A stretch of 57,604 nucleotides of DNA from an uncultured virus (IMG/VR IMGVR_UViG_3300025466_000016) (lineage: Duplodnaviria > Heunggongvirae > Uroviricota > Caudoviricetes): the IMG/VR virus record IMGVR_UViG_3300025466_000016; one strand, given 5' to 3'. Both the position numbers and the translations under genes were made by a program. Shown one piece after another: positions 28,378-38,556 of this stretch. The notes beneath the pieces were generated by a model. That model did not search any database. It was not told the DNA's origin and worked only from the letters and a program-made list of their open reading frames with translations. How positions within the stretch are numbered: the first letter of the stretch is position 1; every line of letters begins with the position of its first letter.

Positions 28378-29907
28378 GTGGCAAATACAATATTACTAAA
28401 ACGATCGGGTACAGCTGGTAAAGTACCAGTAACAGCAAACTTATCACTTGGTGAATTGAGTGTAAACTATACCGACGGTCGTTTATATACAACTACTGGT
28501 AGTGCCATTGTTGACTTAAAACAAAACGATCCAATCACTTTATCCGGTGATGCAACCGGTACAAGCACAAACCCAGCTGCAGGCGGTAACTATAGTAACT
28601 TAGCAGTAACATTATCTACAGTTAACTCTAATACCGGACAGTTCGGCGGCGGAGCACAGATTCCTTTCTTTACTGTAAACGGTAAAGGTTTAATAACAGC
28701 AGCCGGTAACGTAGCATTATCCACAGTGGCAGTAACTAGTGCCACAGCAGGCACAGGTATTAGCGTATCTGGAGCCACTGGCTCGGTTACTATTACTAAC
28801 ACTGGTGTAACAAGTGCAGTTGCTGGTACAGGTGTTAGTGTATCGGGCGCAACAGGTGCAGTTACAGTTAGCATTGGTCAAAGTGTTGCCACAACAGCCG
28901 CTCCAACATTTGCTGGTTTAACATTAACTGGAAACCTGGCAAGCTCAAGTACAATTTATGGTGTTGGTGTTTACGATTCGGGTTCACGTGTAGTATATCA
29001 ATCCACTGGCGCCGGTAACTTAACAATTAATTCTGGTTCTATTAGTTTACCAGCAACAGGCCCTGGTGCAACTACCGTTGGTAGTGCTACAAGTATTCCG
29101 GTTGTTACAACAGACGCATACGGTCGTGTTGTTGCATTAACATCTAGTTCAATTTCAACATCATTTACACTAAATGGTACAACAGGTACAACTAGCGTAG
29201 CTGGTGGTAGTGCATTAACATTTGCAAGTACTAACGGTGTAACAGTAGCCGTCGGCGCAACATACGCAAACATTAGTACACCACAAAGCGTACAAACAAC
29301 AGCAACTCCAACATTTGCCGGAATGACATTAAACGGCAACTTGACTATGCAGTCAGGTGGCGAAATTGTTGCTAACAATTTGTATGTAACAGGTAACTTA
29401 TACCTAGCAGGTAACACAACTACTGTTAATGCTACTAGTGTAACAACAAACGATTTATACTATGTAGCGGCCGCAAACGCTGGTACAAGTGCAGCCGCGA
29501 ACGGTGCTGGTTTGATAACACCATATGCGGCATTAACATATAACAGTACAAACACAGCATGGTCGAGCAACGTTGCTTTATATGCTACAGCATTATACGA
29601 CAACAACAATCGCGTATTAACAGTATCAAGTTCACATTCAAATAATGGTGGTGACGTTGCTGTTACCGGTGCATATAACGCATTGGTCTTAACACTAAAC
29701 ACAGTAAACACAAACGTAGGTACATTTGGTAATGCTACTTACAATCAAAATATTACTGTAAACGGTAAAGGTTTGGTAACTGGTGTCACTACACAGTTGA
29801 TTACCCCGGCTTGGTCAAGTATTACAGGTACACCAACTACGTTAAGTGGGTACGGTATTACAGATGCATTGAGTACTAGTGCTACCATTGATGGTGGTAG
29901 TTACTAA
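28378..29907 (+). CDS. Tail-fibre-like protein
   Basis: GTG start with SD; N-terminal ILLKRS..GK.P..ANL..GELS.NYTDG; TVNGKG / TTDAYGRV repeats; PTTLSGYGITDA; ends DGGSY. Confidence 0.8.
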   Translation: MANTILLKRSGTAGKVPVTANLSLGELSVNYTDGRLYTTTGSAIVDLKQNDPITLSGDATGTSTNPAAGGNYSNLAVTLSTVNSNTGQFGGGAQIPFFTVNGKGLITAAGNVALSTVAVTSATAGTGISVSGATGSVTITNTGVTSAVAGTGVSVSGATGAVTVSIGQSVATTAAPTFAGLTLTGNLASSSTIYGVGVYDSGSRVVYQSTGAGNLTINSGSISLPATGPGATTVGSATSIPVVTTDAYGRVVALTSSSISTSFTLNGTTGTTSVAGGSALTFASTNGVTVAVGATYANISTPQSVQTTATPTFAGMTLNGNLTMQSGGEIVANNLYVTGNLYLAGNTTTVNATSVTTNDLYYVAAANAGTSAAANGAGLITPYAALTYNSTNTAWSSNVALYATALYDNNNRVLTVSSSHSNNGGDVAVTGAYNALVLTLNTVNTNVGTFGNATYNQNITVNGKGLVTGVTTQLITPAWSSITGTPTTLSGYGITDALSTSATIDGGSY

Positions 29908-29983
29908 GATTTAAAAAATGGAATTTTTATTCCAGACGGATTTAGTTTTTACTAAATTATAGTATAACCTTATTAGGTAGAGA

Positions 29984-30640
29984 ATGGCGCAACCAATTTT
30001 ATTAAAGCGCAGTTCGGTTGCTGGCAAAGCGCCGTTAACTGCCAATTTACAGTATGGCGAATTGTCCATCAATTATACTGATGGCGCACTCTACTATCTA
30101 ACATCTCAGAACACCATTGGCTCATTCTTAGCCAACGGAACATCATACTCAGCAAACGTATTTACAGCTAATAGTGCTACTATTGTTGGTAACCTCACGG
30201 TGGGAGGAAACTTAATTGTTTCTGGCCCGTTGCGCGACGTCAATGGCAACATTGGACAAAGTGGACAAGTCTTGGTATCGTTTGGTACAGCAGGTGTGCA
30301 GTGGGTTACAAAAAATACTGGCGCATTATCGGCACTAAGCGACGTTAACATCACTAGTCCGGCGATACAACAAGTTTTAACATACAACGGTAGTCAATGG
30401 GTCAATGCCTCGTCAACTGCTACCGTCGCATCCGCAGTATTCGCATCAAGTCAGTACGATATGGGCTCTGTAACAGATAACAATATTACAGTAACTGAAG
30501 ATGAGGGAACAGTTACAAGTATAGCCGCTACAATTTATGACCTAGGGGTTATGAGCTTTACAGGTATTATTTCGTTAAACAACATCGACCAATCAATCAA
30601 ATCAGATTATTTAGGTTACTCAATTATTTTTGGATTCTAA
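29984..30640 (+). CDS. Fibre-associated virion protein
   Basis: Same N-terminal ILLKRS...GELSINYTDG motif as the preceding gene; LSALSDV...QVLTYNGSQWVN. Confidence 0.7.
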   Translation: MAQPILLKRSSVAGKAPLTANLQYGELSINYTDGALYYLTSQNTIGSFLANGTSYSANVFTANSATIVGNLTVGGNLIVSGPLRDVNGNIGQSGQVLVSFGTAGVQWVTKNTGALSALSDVNITSPAIQQVLTYNGSQWVNASSTATVASAVFASSQYDMGSVTDNNITVTEDEGTVTSIAATIYDLGVMSFTGIISLNNIDQSIKSDYLGYSIIFGF

Positions 30641-30649
30641 GGAAGAACA

Positions 30650-33556
30650 ATGGCACGTCAGTTAATAGAAAAATATGTTTTTACACCGGGACTACCTGGA
30701 GCAGGTACAATATTAATTCCTGGTAAAGTAGACCTAACACAAATCTTGATTATTGCAAATAAAACTAATCAAGTTAATATGTATGCCATTGGAGATCCAA
30801 CTAAGAACGGTACCGCGGTTTATTATCCTAGCGATACTACGTTTGCTCCTCAGGCAAGTGGTTACGGGTACACTATGCCCACAACCACATCGGAACAAGT
30901 AGGAACGACCTTAATCACATTTGCTGCAGATACCAGTAGTTATCTAAGCACTGATAAAATTGCTGTCTATACAGACGCACCAAAACAACAAGGTAACATT
31001 ATTCGTCCTTATGCATTTGGTGTAGACGCAATCGAACGTCAGCGTGTTGCTGAACCACAGTCATTAATTGACGCCGACTTTGAATATGGACTACAACCCA
31101 CTAAGTGGCTAAACTATTCCGATATTAGAAACTTGCCAGCTATCTTTGAAAAGCCAGGTCTTGATTTGTTCATGACAAATATTACCTCCGATGGCGGCAA
31201 TCCCAGTATTATGACAGTTACCTGTAGTCAAGCACACGGATTAACCGCTGGTAGCCCAATTATTATGTTTGGTCTTGCTAACGCTAGTAACTATGCACGT
31301 GCTGAAGGTTCGTTTGTAGTACAAACAGTAACAACAAATACATTTACCTACTATGCTAAAGGCATTGTTGGCACAAACGGATTAAGTGTTTACCAAGGAA
31401 GTTCTTACGTGCGTAAGGGCGGTTTTTATGCCGGATCATTAATTCCAGTATCAACAATTTATAGTGACGGTAACAGTCCAAGTAAAATTACAGTTACTTG
31501 TAGTGCCAATCACGGTATGATTCCGGGAACACCTTTAATTAGTACAGTAAACTCCGCAGGTACTAATCACTCTTATGTTGGCGGTAACTTTTACGCAGAA
31601 TCAGTTCTAAGTCCAACCCAGTTTACATTTACAGCACAGGTAGGTGGAGCAGTCGCTAACTCGGCAATTTCTGCAAACATCCACGTTCGTTCGGATGCGT
31701 ATGTACAGCATAGACCGTTTGACGGTGGTGTTAACTTAGGTACATTTAATGCGTCACATGGTGCAAGTATTAGTCGTCAAACTAAAAAGTATATGCGTTA
31801 CCAATCTGGTAAAGGCATCCTATGGACGTCTGGTGTATTGTTTAACCCAGTTCTTAACTTAGACCAAATATCTGCATCTGCAACCGCTGTTGGTTCTACT
31901 ATCACAGTTATTACTGAAGTTGACCACGGTCTACAAGCTGGTGCCACTGTGGTTATTGCTGGAGTTACTACAACCGGCTACAACGGAACATACGGTGTTG
32001 CTACAGTAGTAAACGAAAATACATTTACCGTTTTAGCCACTAATATATTAGGTAGTGCAACGGCAGTACTTACAAACTTACCACGTGTTACTGTTACACG
32101 ATGGCACGGTGCCACTACACGTTGCGGAACGTTTGACGAACAGAATGGCCTGTTCTGGGAATTTGATGGACAAGAACTTGCCGTAGTAAAACGTGCAAGT
32201 ACTTTCCAAACATCCGGCTTCGTTAGTGTTACTCCTGGTAGTCAAGTAGTTACAGGTACAAGTACACGTTTCACACAACAGTTAAAAGTTGGTGACAACG
32301 TAATCATTCGTGGACAAACATATAAGATCAATGCTATTGCTAGTGATACTTCAATGACAGTAAATCCGCCATATCGCGGAGTCAATGCATCTAGTTTAAT
32401 CAAAATGTCATTGACCATTGACTATCGTATTCCACAAAAACAATTTAACATTGACCGTATCGACGGCACAGGTATTAGTGGATACAATCTAAACATTAAC
32501 AAGATGCAGATGATGGGTATCAGTTGGTCATGGTATGGTGCTGGCTTTATTGACTTTATGTGCCGCGGTGGTGATGGTAATATGATACTTGTACATCGTA
32601 TGCCAATGAACAACATTAATGATAATGCGTATATGCGTTCTGGTAACATGGTTGCACGTTATCAAGCTATTAATCAAAGTGTTATTGATCGACTAGCAGC
32701 CAACGTTGCTGTTGGTGATACTACTATTAGTGTAAACGACGTAAGCCGATTCCCAAATACCGGTGGCACAGTCTATATTGACAATGAACTTATTGCCTAT
32801 ACAGCAACTAGTTTAACCAGCAACACATTATTAAATTGCACTCGTAGTGCTGGTCTAACATATTTCATTGGTGGAACTACAAAAACATTTACAGCAGGTG
32901 CCTCAGCCGCACACTATGTAGGCAATGGATTTAATGCTGTAACATTGGTAAGCTGTACTACTAGCCCGGTTGTTAACCACTGGGGTTCCAGTTATATTAT
33001 GGATGGTAAGTTTGATTCAGACCGCGGTTACTACTTTAACTACCAGGCCCCAGTTACAAATCTACCAGCCGGTAATACAGTAACAGCGTTCTTCTTACGT
33101 TTAGCGCCTAGTGTAAGTAACTCAATTGCTGGCACGTTTGGTGATAGAGACTTGATTAACCGCGCTCAGTTATTGCTAACCTCGTTGCAGATTCAGTCAG
33201 ACCAATCAGTACAGATTCAAGGTATTTTGAACCCTAGTAACATTGATGCTAGTACACTAACCTGGACTAACGTCAACACAGTAGGCCTAGGATCACAGCC
33301 AAGTTTTGCACAGATATCGACCAGCACAACAACAGCAGCACAACCGGGAGAACAGATTTTTGGTACTCTGGGACAACCGGGAGGTTTTGCGTCGATTGAC
33401 TTGAGCAACTTAAAAGAAATCGGTAACGGAGCCATTGGCGGTTATAGTAACTTCCCAGATGGTCCCGACGTTCTGGCAGTAATCATTAAAAATAATAGTT
33501 CAACAACAGCGGCTAATCCAATTATTAACCTGTTCTGGACAGAAGCGCAAGCGTAA
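30650..33556 (+). CDS. Large virion structural protein with repeated beta-domains
   Basis: Three T-V-x4-HG(L/M)xxG repeats (QAHGLTAG, ANHGMIPG, VDHGLQAG); RYQSGKG; SWYGAG. Confidence 0.7.
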   Translation: MARQLIEKYVFTPGLPGAGTILIPGKVDLTQILIIANKTNQVNMYAIGDPTKNGTAVYYPSDTTFAPQASGYGYTMPTTTSEQVGTTLITFAADTSSYLSTDKIAVYTDAPKQQGNIIRPYAFGVDAIERQRVAEPQSLIDADFEYGLQPTKWLNYSDIRNLPAIFEKPGLDLFMTNITSDGGNPSIMTVTCSQAHGLTAGSPIIMFGLANASNYARAEGSFVVQTVTTNTFTYYAKGIVGTNGLSVYQGSSYVRKGGFYAGSLIPVSTIYSDGNSPSKITVTCSANHGMIPGTPLISTVNSAGTNHSYVGGNFYAESVLSPTQFTFTAQVGGAVANSAISANIHVRSDAYVQHRPFDGGVNLGTFNASHGASISRQTKKYMRYQSGKGILWTSGVLFNPVLNLDQISASATAVGSTITVITEVDHGLQAGATVVIAGVTTTGYNGTYGVATVVNENTFTVLATNILGSATAVLTNLPRVTVTRWHGATTRCGTFDEQNGLFWEFDGQELAVVKRASTFQTSGFVSVTPGSQVVTGTSTRFTQQLKVGDNVIIRGQTYKINAIASDTSMTVNPPYRGVNASSLIKMSLTIDYRIPQKQFNIDRIDGTGISGYNLNINKMQMMGISWSWYGAGFIDFMCRGGDGNMILVHRMPMNNINDNAYMRSGNMVARYQAINQSVIDRLAANVAVGDTTISVNDVSRFPNTGGTVYIDNELIAYTATSLTSNTLLNCTRSAGLTYFIGGTTKTFTAGASAAHYVGNGFNAVTLVSCTTSPVVNHWGSSYIMDGKFDSDRGYYFNYQAPVTNLPAGNTVTAFFLRLAPSVSNSIAGTFGDRDLINRAQLLLTSLQIQSDQSVQIQGILNPSNIDASTLTWTNVNTVGLGSQPSFAQISTSTTTAAQPGEQIFGTLGQPGGFASIDLSNLKEIGNGAIGGYSNFPDGPDVLAVIIKNNSSTTAANPIINLFWTEAQA

Positions 33557-33580
33557 TAAATATAGAATAGAGAGAATAAT

Positions 33581-35980
33581 ATGTCATCACAAGTACAGTT
33601 TAGACGAGGAACCGCAACGCAAAATAACGCTTTTACAGGTGCTATTGGCGAGATTACCTACGATACTGATAACAAGACTCTACGTCTACACGATGGTACT
33701 ACAGCCGGTGGTGGCGCAACCGTATTAACTACTGGTGCTACACAAACAGTATTAAACAAAACGTTCAGTACAGGCTCAGTCTGGAATGGCGGTGCTGTAC
33801 CATTGGGTTATGGTGGTACAGGCAGTGCATTAACCGCGGCTGCGGGTGCCGTTCCGTATTCTACCGCAAGTGGTATGGGATTAAGTTTACCCGGCACATC
33901 GGGACAAATTTTAACTTCTGGTGGTACCGGAGCCCCGAGTTGGGTTAGCGCAAGTACATTAACAGTTGGTACAGCAGGTACAGCAACAACAGCTCAAAAC
34001 ATCTTAGGCGGATCGGCTGGTCAGTTAATGATTCAGTCAGACGTTAACTTAACAACATTTATTACAGCTGGCGCCAAAGGAACGTTCTTACAATCACAAG
34101 GTGCTGGCTATGCACCAAGTTGGGCAGCTGGTCAGGTTACTTACGGTAATACAACAGTATCACTAGGCGGCAACAGCGCCGGTGTACTAAACGGAATCAC
34201 CACTCTAAACTCAGACATACAATTTGTACCATTGCCATCTGGTAATACATATCAGCGCCCGGGCGGCAATGCAAGTGTTATTAGTACGGCACAAGTTGGT
34301 ATGGTTCGTTACAATACAACCACTAGCCAATTTGAAGGTTATGGCGCAGGTAATGCTTGGTCAAGCCTGGGTGGTGTTACGTCAGTTGATAAGAAAGCAT
34401 ACATTACCGCAGAAGCATTTGCTGGCGCAGGTGATGACGTTATTCGAGTATACGCAGGCGACTCTGGAACAAGTACACAGTCAATGTGGGCAAGCACTAG
34501 TAACGTTACGGTTCTTCCAACAACTACATCAGTAAGTTCAACTACTGGTGCATTACAAGTTAAAGGTGGTGCTGGTATTGCCGGCGCATTATTTGCTGGT
34601 GGCAACATTGTTGCTGTAAGTGGTACGGCTAGTACAAGTACAACAACTGGTGCGCTAGTAGTACAAGGCGGCGTTGGTATCTCTGGAGCATTATATATTG
34701 GTGGCAACATGAGCGTTGCTGGCACACTAACTTATATCAACACCACAACAGAAATTGTAACCGGCACAGAAGTCGTTGCTGGTAATTTAACAGCCAACTC
34801 AGGAACCGCAAGTTCTAGTACATCAACTGGTGCGTTAACTGTAGTTGGTGGCATGGGCGTATCTGGTGCAACATACATTGGCGGCTTACTAAACGTAGCT
34901 GGTGCAGGTACAATTACAGGAGCAGCAACATTAAGTTCAACACTTAGTGTAACTGGCGCAACTACATTATCAAGTACATTGGCAGTTACGGGTGCTACAA
35001 CCTTATCTAGTGCATTAACATATGGTGGTGTTGCATTAAGTAACTCTGTAACTGGTACAGGTAGTATGGTATTGAGTGCTAGCCCAACACTAACTGGTAC
35101 GTTAAGTGCCGCCGCGGGTACATTTAGTTCTACCCTGGGCGTAACTGGCGCAACTACATTATCGAGTACATTGGCTGTTTCATCAACATCAACCTTTACA
35201 GGTGCTACAACACACAACGGTGGTTTAAGTTCTACATCTGGCTCATTTAGCACAACACTTGGTGTAACGGGTGCAACAACAATATCTAGTTTATCAGCTA
35301 CAAGCGGTACATTTAGTACAACATTGGGTGTAACTGGTGCTGCTACTTTAAGTTCTACCTTAGGTGTAACTGGTTTAATTACATCAACTGGTGGTATCAG
35401 TGGAGGAGCTGCATCGCATACAACAGGCTCATTCAGTTCAACACTTGGTGTAACGGGTGCTACTACTTTAAGTTCAACTCTAAGTGTTGGTAGTACTGTA
35501 ACAGTCACAGGCTCAGTTCTTCCAAGTGCTAACGTTTCGTACAACGTAGGTTCAAGTACGGCTTGGTGGGGAACATTTTATGGTACAGCTAGCCATGCAC
35601 AATACGCCGACTTAGCAGAAAAATATTCAGCCGACGCAACGTATCCTCCTGGAACAGTAGTAGTATTTGGCGGAACGGAAGAAGTAACAGTGACTACGCA
35701 AGATCACGATACTCGTGTTGCTGGTGTAGTTTCTACAGACCCAGCATACTTAATGAATAGTTCTGCATCTGGAGTAGCTGTGGCAATGACAGGTCGCGTA
35801 CCTTGTCAAGTTCAAGGTCCTGTAACAAAAGGTCAAGTACTGGTAACAAGTATAACAGCCGGTGTAGCACAAGCAATTGATAATAGCAAATACCTTCCTG
35901 GTTGTATAATTGGTAAGGCGCTTGAATCTATAACAACAAATACAATTGAGACTATTGAAGTAGTCGTAGGAAGATTCTAA
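33581..35980 (+). CDS. Tail fibre-like protein with Mtd-N-like N-terminus and ADLAE C-terminal domain
   Basis: TAAATA at 33557-33562; QVQFRRGT...FTGAIGEITYDTD...HDGTTAGG; 12-aa GATTLSSTLxVT repeats; YADLAEKY...GRVPC. Confidence 0.8.
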   Translation: MSSQVQFRRGTATQNNAFTGAIGEITYDTDNKTLRLHDGTTAGGGATVLTTGATQTVLNKTFSTGSVWNGGAVPLGYGGTGSALTAAAGAVPYSTASGMGLSLPGTSGQILTSGGTGAPSWVSASTLTVGTAGTATTAQNILGGSAGQLMIQSDVNLTTFITAGAKGTFLQSQGAGYAPSWAAGQVTYGNTTVSLGGNSAGVLNGITTLNSDIQFVPLPSGNTYQRPGGNASVISTAQVGMVRYNTTTSQFEGYGAGNAWSSLGGVTSVDKKAYITAEAFAGAGDDVIRVYAGDSGTSTQSMWASTSNVTVLPTTTSVSSTTGALQVKGGAGIAGALFAGGNIVAVSGTASTSTTTGALVVQGGVGISGALYIGGNMSVAGTLTYINTTTEIVTGTEVVAGNLTANSGTASSSTSTGALTVVGGMGVSGATYIGGLLNVAGAGTITGAATLSSTLSVTGATTLSSTLAVTGATTLSSALTYGGVALSNSVTGTGSMVLSASPTLTGTLSAAAGTFSSTLGVTGATTLSSTLAVSSTSTFTGATTHNGGLSSTSGSFSTTLGVTGATTISSLSATSGTFSTTLGVTGAATLSSTLGVTGLITSTGGISGGAASHTTGSFSSTLGVTGATTLSSTLSVGSTVTVTGSVLPSANVSYNVGSSTAWWGTFYGTASHAQYADLAEKYSADATYPPGTVVVFGGTEEVTVTTQDHDTRVAGVVSTDPAYLMNSSASGVAVAMTGRVPCQVQGPVTKGQVLVTSITAGVAQAIDNSKYLPGCIIGKALESITTNTIETIEVVVGRF

Positions 35981-36723
35981 TGCAAATATTAAAAAAGATC
36001 TATCGTTCTAGTTATCCAGGTGAAGAAGTTATTACCAGTCTTACTTATGAAGGCGGTGAATGGAAACCAGAAACAGAACATGTTCCAAACAGCGTGTTTA
36101 ATACCTATACTACAACGCAGGCAATTGCTATAGGCAATGGAGAAAGTCGTTTGGGATTTGATCTTAGACATATTGCCGAACATAAAGGCGGATTATTTGG
36201 TGCTAACCGTTTACAAAGTTATGGCTGTAATGCTCTATACAGAGATTTTACTCCAGACTTTTTAGTAGCTGTTGGCGATACTATTATTGAAGAAATTGCC
36301 AACTCTGGTTATTGTGATAATAATATTGTTTATGCTCACGGTGAACACCTACTTGATTATCCGAGTAAATTTTATTTAATTCCGCAAAACGTTTCGTATG
36401 ATGCTGGCGCTCTTGCAGCATACATGGCCTGCTTTGATGGACATAAAAAAATATTTTTAATGGGTTACGACGGATACTATACAGGACTCGAATCAGTTAA
36501 TAACGTTTATAAAGACACTAACGGATATCCGGAGTCAATCCATCAACAAGACAACGCATTTTGGCAAATGACATTAGGTCATGTAATGGGCACATATACA
36601 GATGTAGAATTTGTACGTGTTATGCCTACTGCAAACTATATAGTCAGTGATGATTTTTTACGCTTGCCAAACTTCCGTCAGATTAGCTTCCGTGATTTTG
36701 TTCTTGAAGCTGACATTGGTTAA
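35980..36723 (+). CDS. DUF115/Maf-like (glycosyltransferase-related Rossmann-fold) protein
   Basis: AIAIGNGESR...YGCNALYRDFTPDFLVAV...AGALAAYMA...KKIFLMGYD pattern; TAATG overlap with the fibre gene. Confidence 0.55.
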   Translation: MQILKKIYRSSYPGEEVITSLTYEGGEWKPETEHVPNSVFNTYTTTQAIAIGNGESRLGFDLRHIAEHKGGLFGANRLQSYGCNALYRDFTPDFLVAVGDTIIEEIANSGYCDNNIVYAHGEHLLDYPSKFYLIPQNVSYDAGALAAYMACFDGHKKIFLMGYDGYYTGLESVNNVYKDTNGYPESIHQQDNAFWQMTLGHVMGTYTDVEFVRVMPTANYIVSDDFLRLPNFRQISFRDFVLEADIG

Positions 36724-37148
36724 TTTAATATAGATTCTAAAGTTTTAATTTTCTTTTTAACTATATCAAAATTAAAACTACGCCATAGTCCTGGATGTAA
36801 TGGCTTTGGATGATCATTTAATTCTACCCAACAATATCCGCGGTGCTCGTCATTTAATGTTGGTACAAACTCTTCTCCGCAATCGACTAAAAATGTATAG
36901 TAAACAAATTTGCGATTATCTGCGGTAAATGTTTCTAAGGGAATAAACTTTTTCTTAGTATAGTCTACTCCAATTTCTTCTCGTATTTCTCTAACTAGTC
37001 CTTGTATAACAGTTTCGCCCGACTCAATTTTTCCACCAACGATACCCCAGGCCCCAGCATGTCTACTTTTGTTTCTTAATAAAAATAGATATCGATTAGT
37101 TGATCGAGCATAGACTAATGCTCCGCAACCTTCTAGATGCTCACTCAT
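36720..37148 (-). CDS. NUDIX hydrolase
   Basis: Nudix box GGKIESGETVIQGLVREIREEIG. Start reassigned to the ATG at 37148 (MSEHLEG), which overlaps the upstream TAA. Confidence 0.9.
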   Translation of the reverse strand: MSEHLEGCGALVYARSTNRYLFLLRNKSRHAGAWGIVGGKIESGETVIQGLVREIREEIGVDYTKKKFIPLETFTADNRKFVYYTFLVDCGEEFVPTLNDEHRGYCWVELNDHPKPLHPGLWRSFNFDIVKKKIKTLESILN

Positions 37149-38551
37149 TATAGTACCAAACTCCAAGACCCACCAAAGTAAACTCCATCGGCTGCTTTGG
37201 CCCAAATGGATCCATCCCAGCTGTATTGTATTCCGGTAGTTAAATTTGTAGTATATTCAATTTGATTTGTGCTTGTACTATCAAATGCCACAGTCCAGTA
37301 ACTACCATTCCACTGAATGATGTCGTTAGCATTGGCAATTAAATTTGTTCCTGATGGACCGGCCCAGGCAACTCCTGTTTGATTGCCTACAGCACCAATT
37401 GGATTTAAAATTAAATATCTAGTACCTGTTGCTGGACTTAATAAACTAGAACCGCTGTTATTAACATTGGTAACATTGACGTTGTACGGATCAATGATAG
37501 CTGTTACTGAGTTTAATGTATTTGCCGGCAATGTTGCAGAGTCGGGGGTAAACAATAATGTAGTTGGATCGTTTGGGCTATAAGCAACAACACCAACTAT
37601 TTCGTGTGGCCCATCGGGATAATCAAATGTTAAACGCACCTGACTAATACCATTGGTTAATGTACCGTATAAATTTACCAAGTTTGCCCACGGTGTAGTG
37701 GTACCTGATCCGTCTGTGGCTATTTTGGAATATAGTGTTAGTGTTCCTGTAGAACTAGTTGGATTGCTAGAGTAAACAATAGAGTAATCAAGCGGTGTGT
37801 ATCGAATCTGGCTAGTAGCTGCGATATCAATAATATCGCCATTGATGCTACCACTATCATCATAAATGTTTGCAATAATTTGTTGTACAACTCCGCCTTT
37901 TTGTACCTTGGCAGGTAACGTCAACCAAATTGGAATTTCAAACTCTAGTGTAGCAATATCGATGCTAGTATCGTCGCCCATCATTGGCACACTACGACTA
38001 GTATAGTTTACACTAGTTAGTAATGCTACACTTAAACTAGTCCAGTCTACAAAATTATCTGTACTTTGAATTTCAAAGCCAGGATTAAATAGCGGAACTA
38101 ATTGTTCTATTAGCTGATGCTTTTGATCAGTATTACTGGTCCATATATCTAACTTCATACCAATTGTATACGGTGCTGGCATAAAGCGTTTTACAGTATA
38201 TTGGCCATCTTGTGTACCTAGATATTGTTGTGTTGTTTGATCGTAAACTTGTTCTCTAATTCTAACATCACTTTCGTGATATGGATTTTGTAAGCGATCA
38301 CGATCATACCGTAGTGTTGAGATATAAGCACTCATTGCCGGGACTGCCGATAGTGTATTTTCGCTGTTATTTTTAAGTATGGTACTGGCCTGACGACTAG
38401 GATCTCCATAATAGACTGGAACTGTTTGTAGTGTGCGATTGCCATTGGTGTCCTTGCCAAACTCAACTTGGAAGTTTGACACCATGCGAATAAATTGCAA
38501 AATGAATCGGCGCATTTGTCCGTCATAGTTAAATTGAACAACATTAGCCAT
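37148..38551 (-). CDS. Tail terminator / sheath stabiliser (T4 gp15-like) with C-terminal extension
   Basis: VPVYYG, PAPYTI...LDIWT...QLIEQLVPLFNP. Confidence 0.8.
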   Translation of the reverse strand: MANVVQFNYDGQMRRFILQFIRMVSNFQVEFGKDTNGNRTLQTVPVYYGDPSRQASTILKNNSENTLSAVPAMSAYISTLRYDRDRLQNPYHESDVRIREQVYDQTTQQYLGTQDGQYTVKRFMPAPYTIGMKLDIWTSNTDQKHQLIEQLVPLFNPGFEIQSTDNFVDWTSLSVALLTSVNYTSRSVPMMGDDTSIDIATLEFEIPIWLTLPAKVQKGGVVQQIIANIYDDSGSINGDIIDIAATSQIRYTPLDYSIVYSSNPTSSTGTLTLYSKIATDGSGTTTPWANLVNLYGTLTNGISQVRLTFDYPDGPHEIVGVVAYSPNDPTTLLFTPDSATLPANTLNSVTAIIDPYNVNVTNVNNSGSSLLSPATGTRYLILNPIGAVGNQTGVAWAGPSGTNLIANANDIIQWNGSYWTVAFDSTSTNQIEYTTNLTTGIQYSWDGSIWAKAADGVYFGGSWSLVL

Positions 38552-38556
38552 TTTTA

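Noticed and set aside
21294..35544. Many long minus-strand ORFs (e.g. 27525-28103, 34732-35544) rich in Val/Pro/Ala
   Set aside because: Shadows of the Thr/Gly/Ala codon bias of the + strand fibre genes; no initiation signals
26620..35980. Diversity-generating retroelement (Mtd-N-like fibre plus similar C-terminal DNA in two genes)
   Set aside because: The similarity is between two coding paralogues with scattered differences rather than adenine-specific ones; no reverse transcriptase or non-coding template repeat in the window
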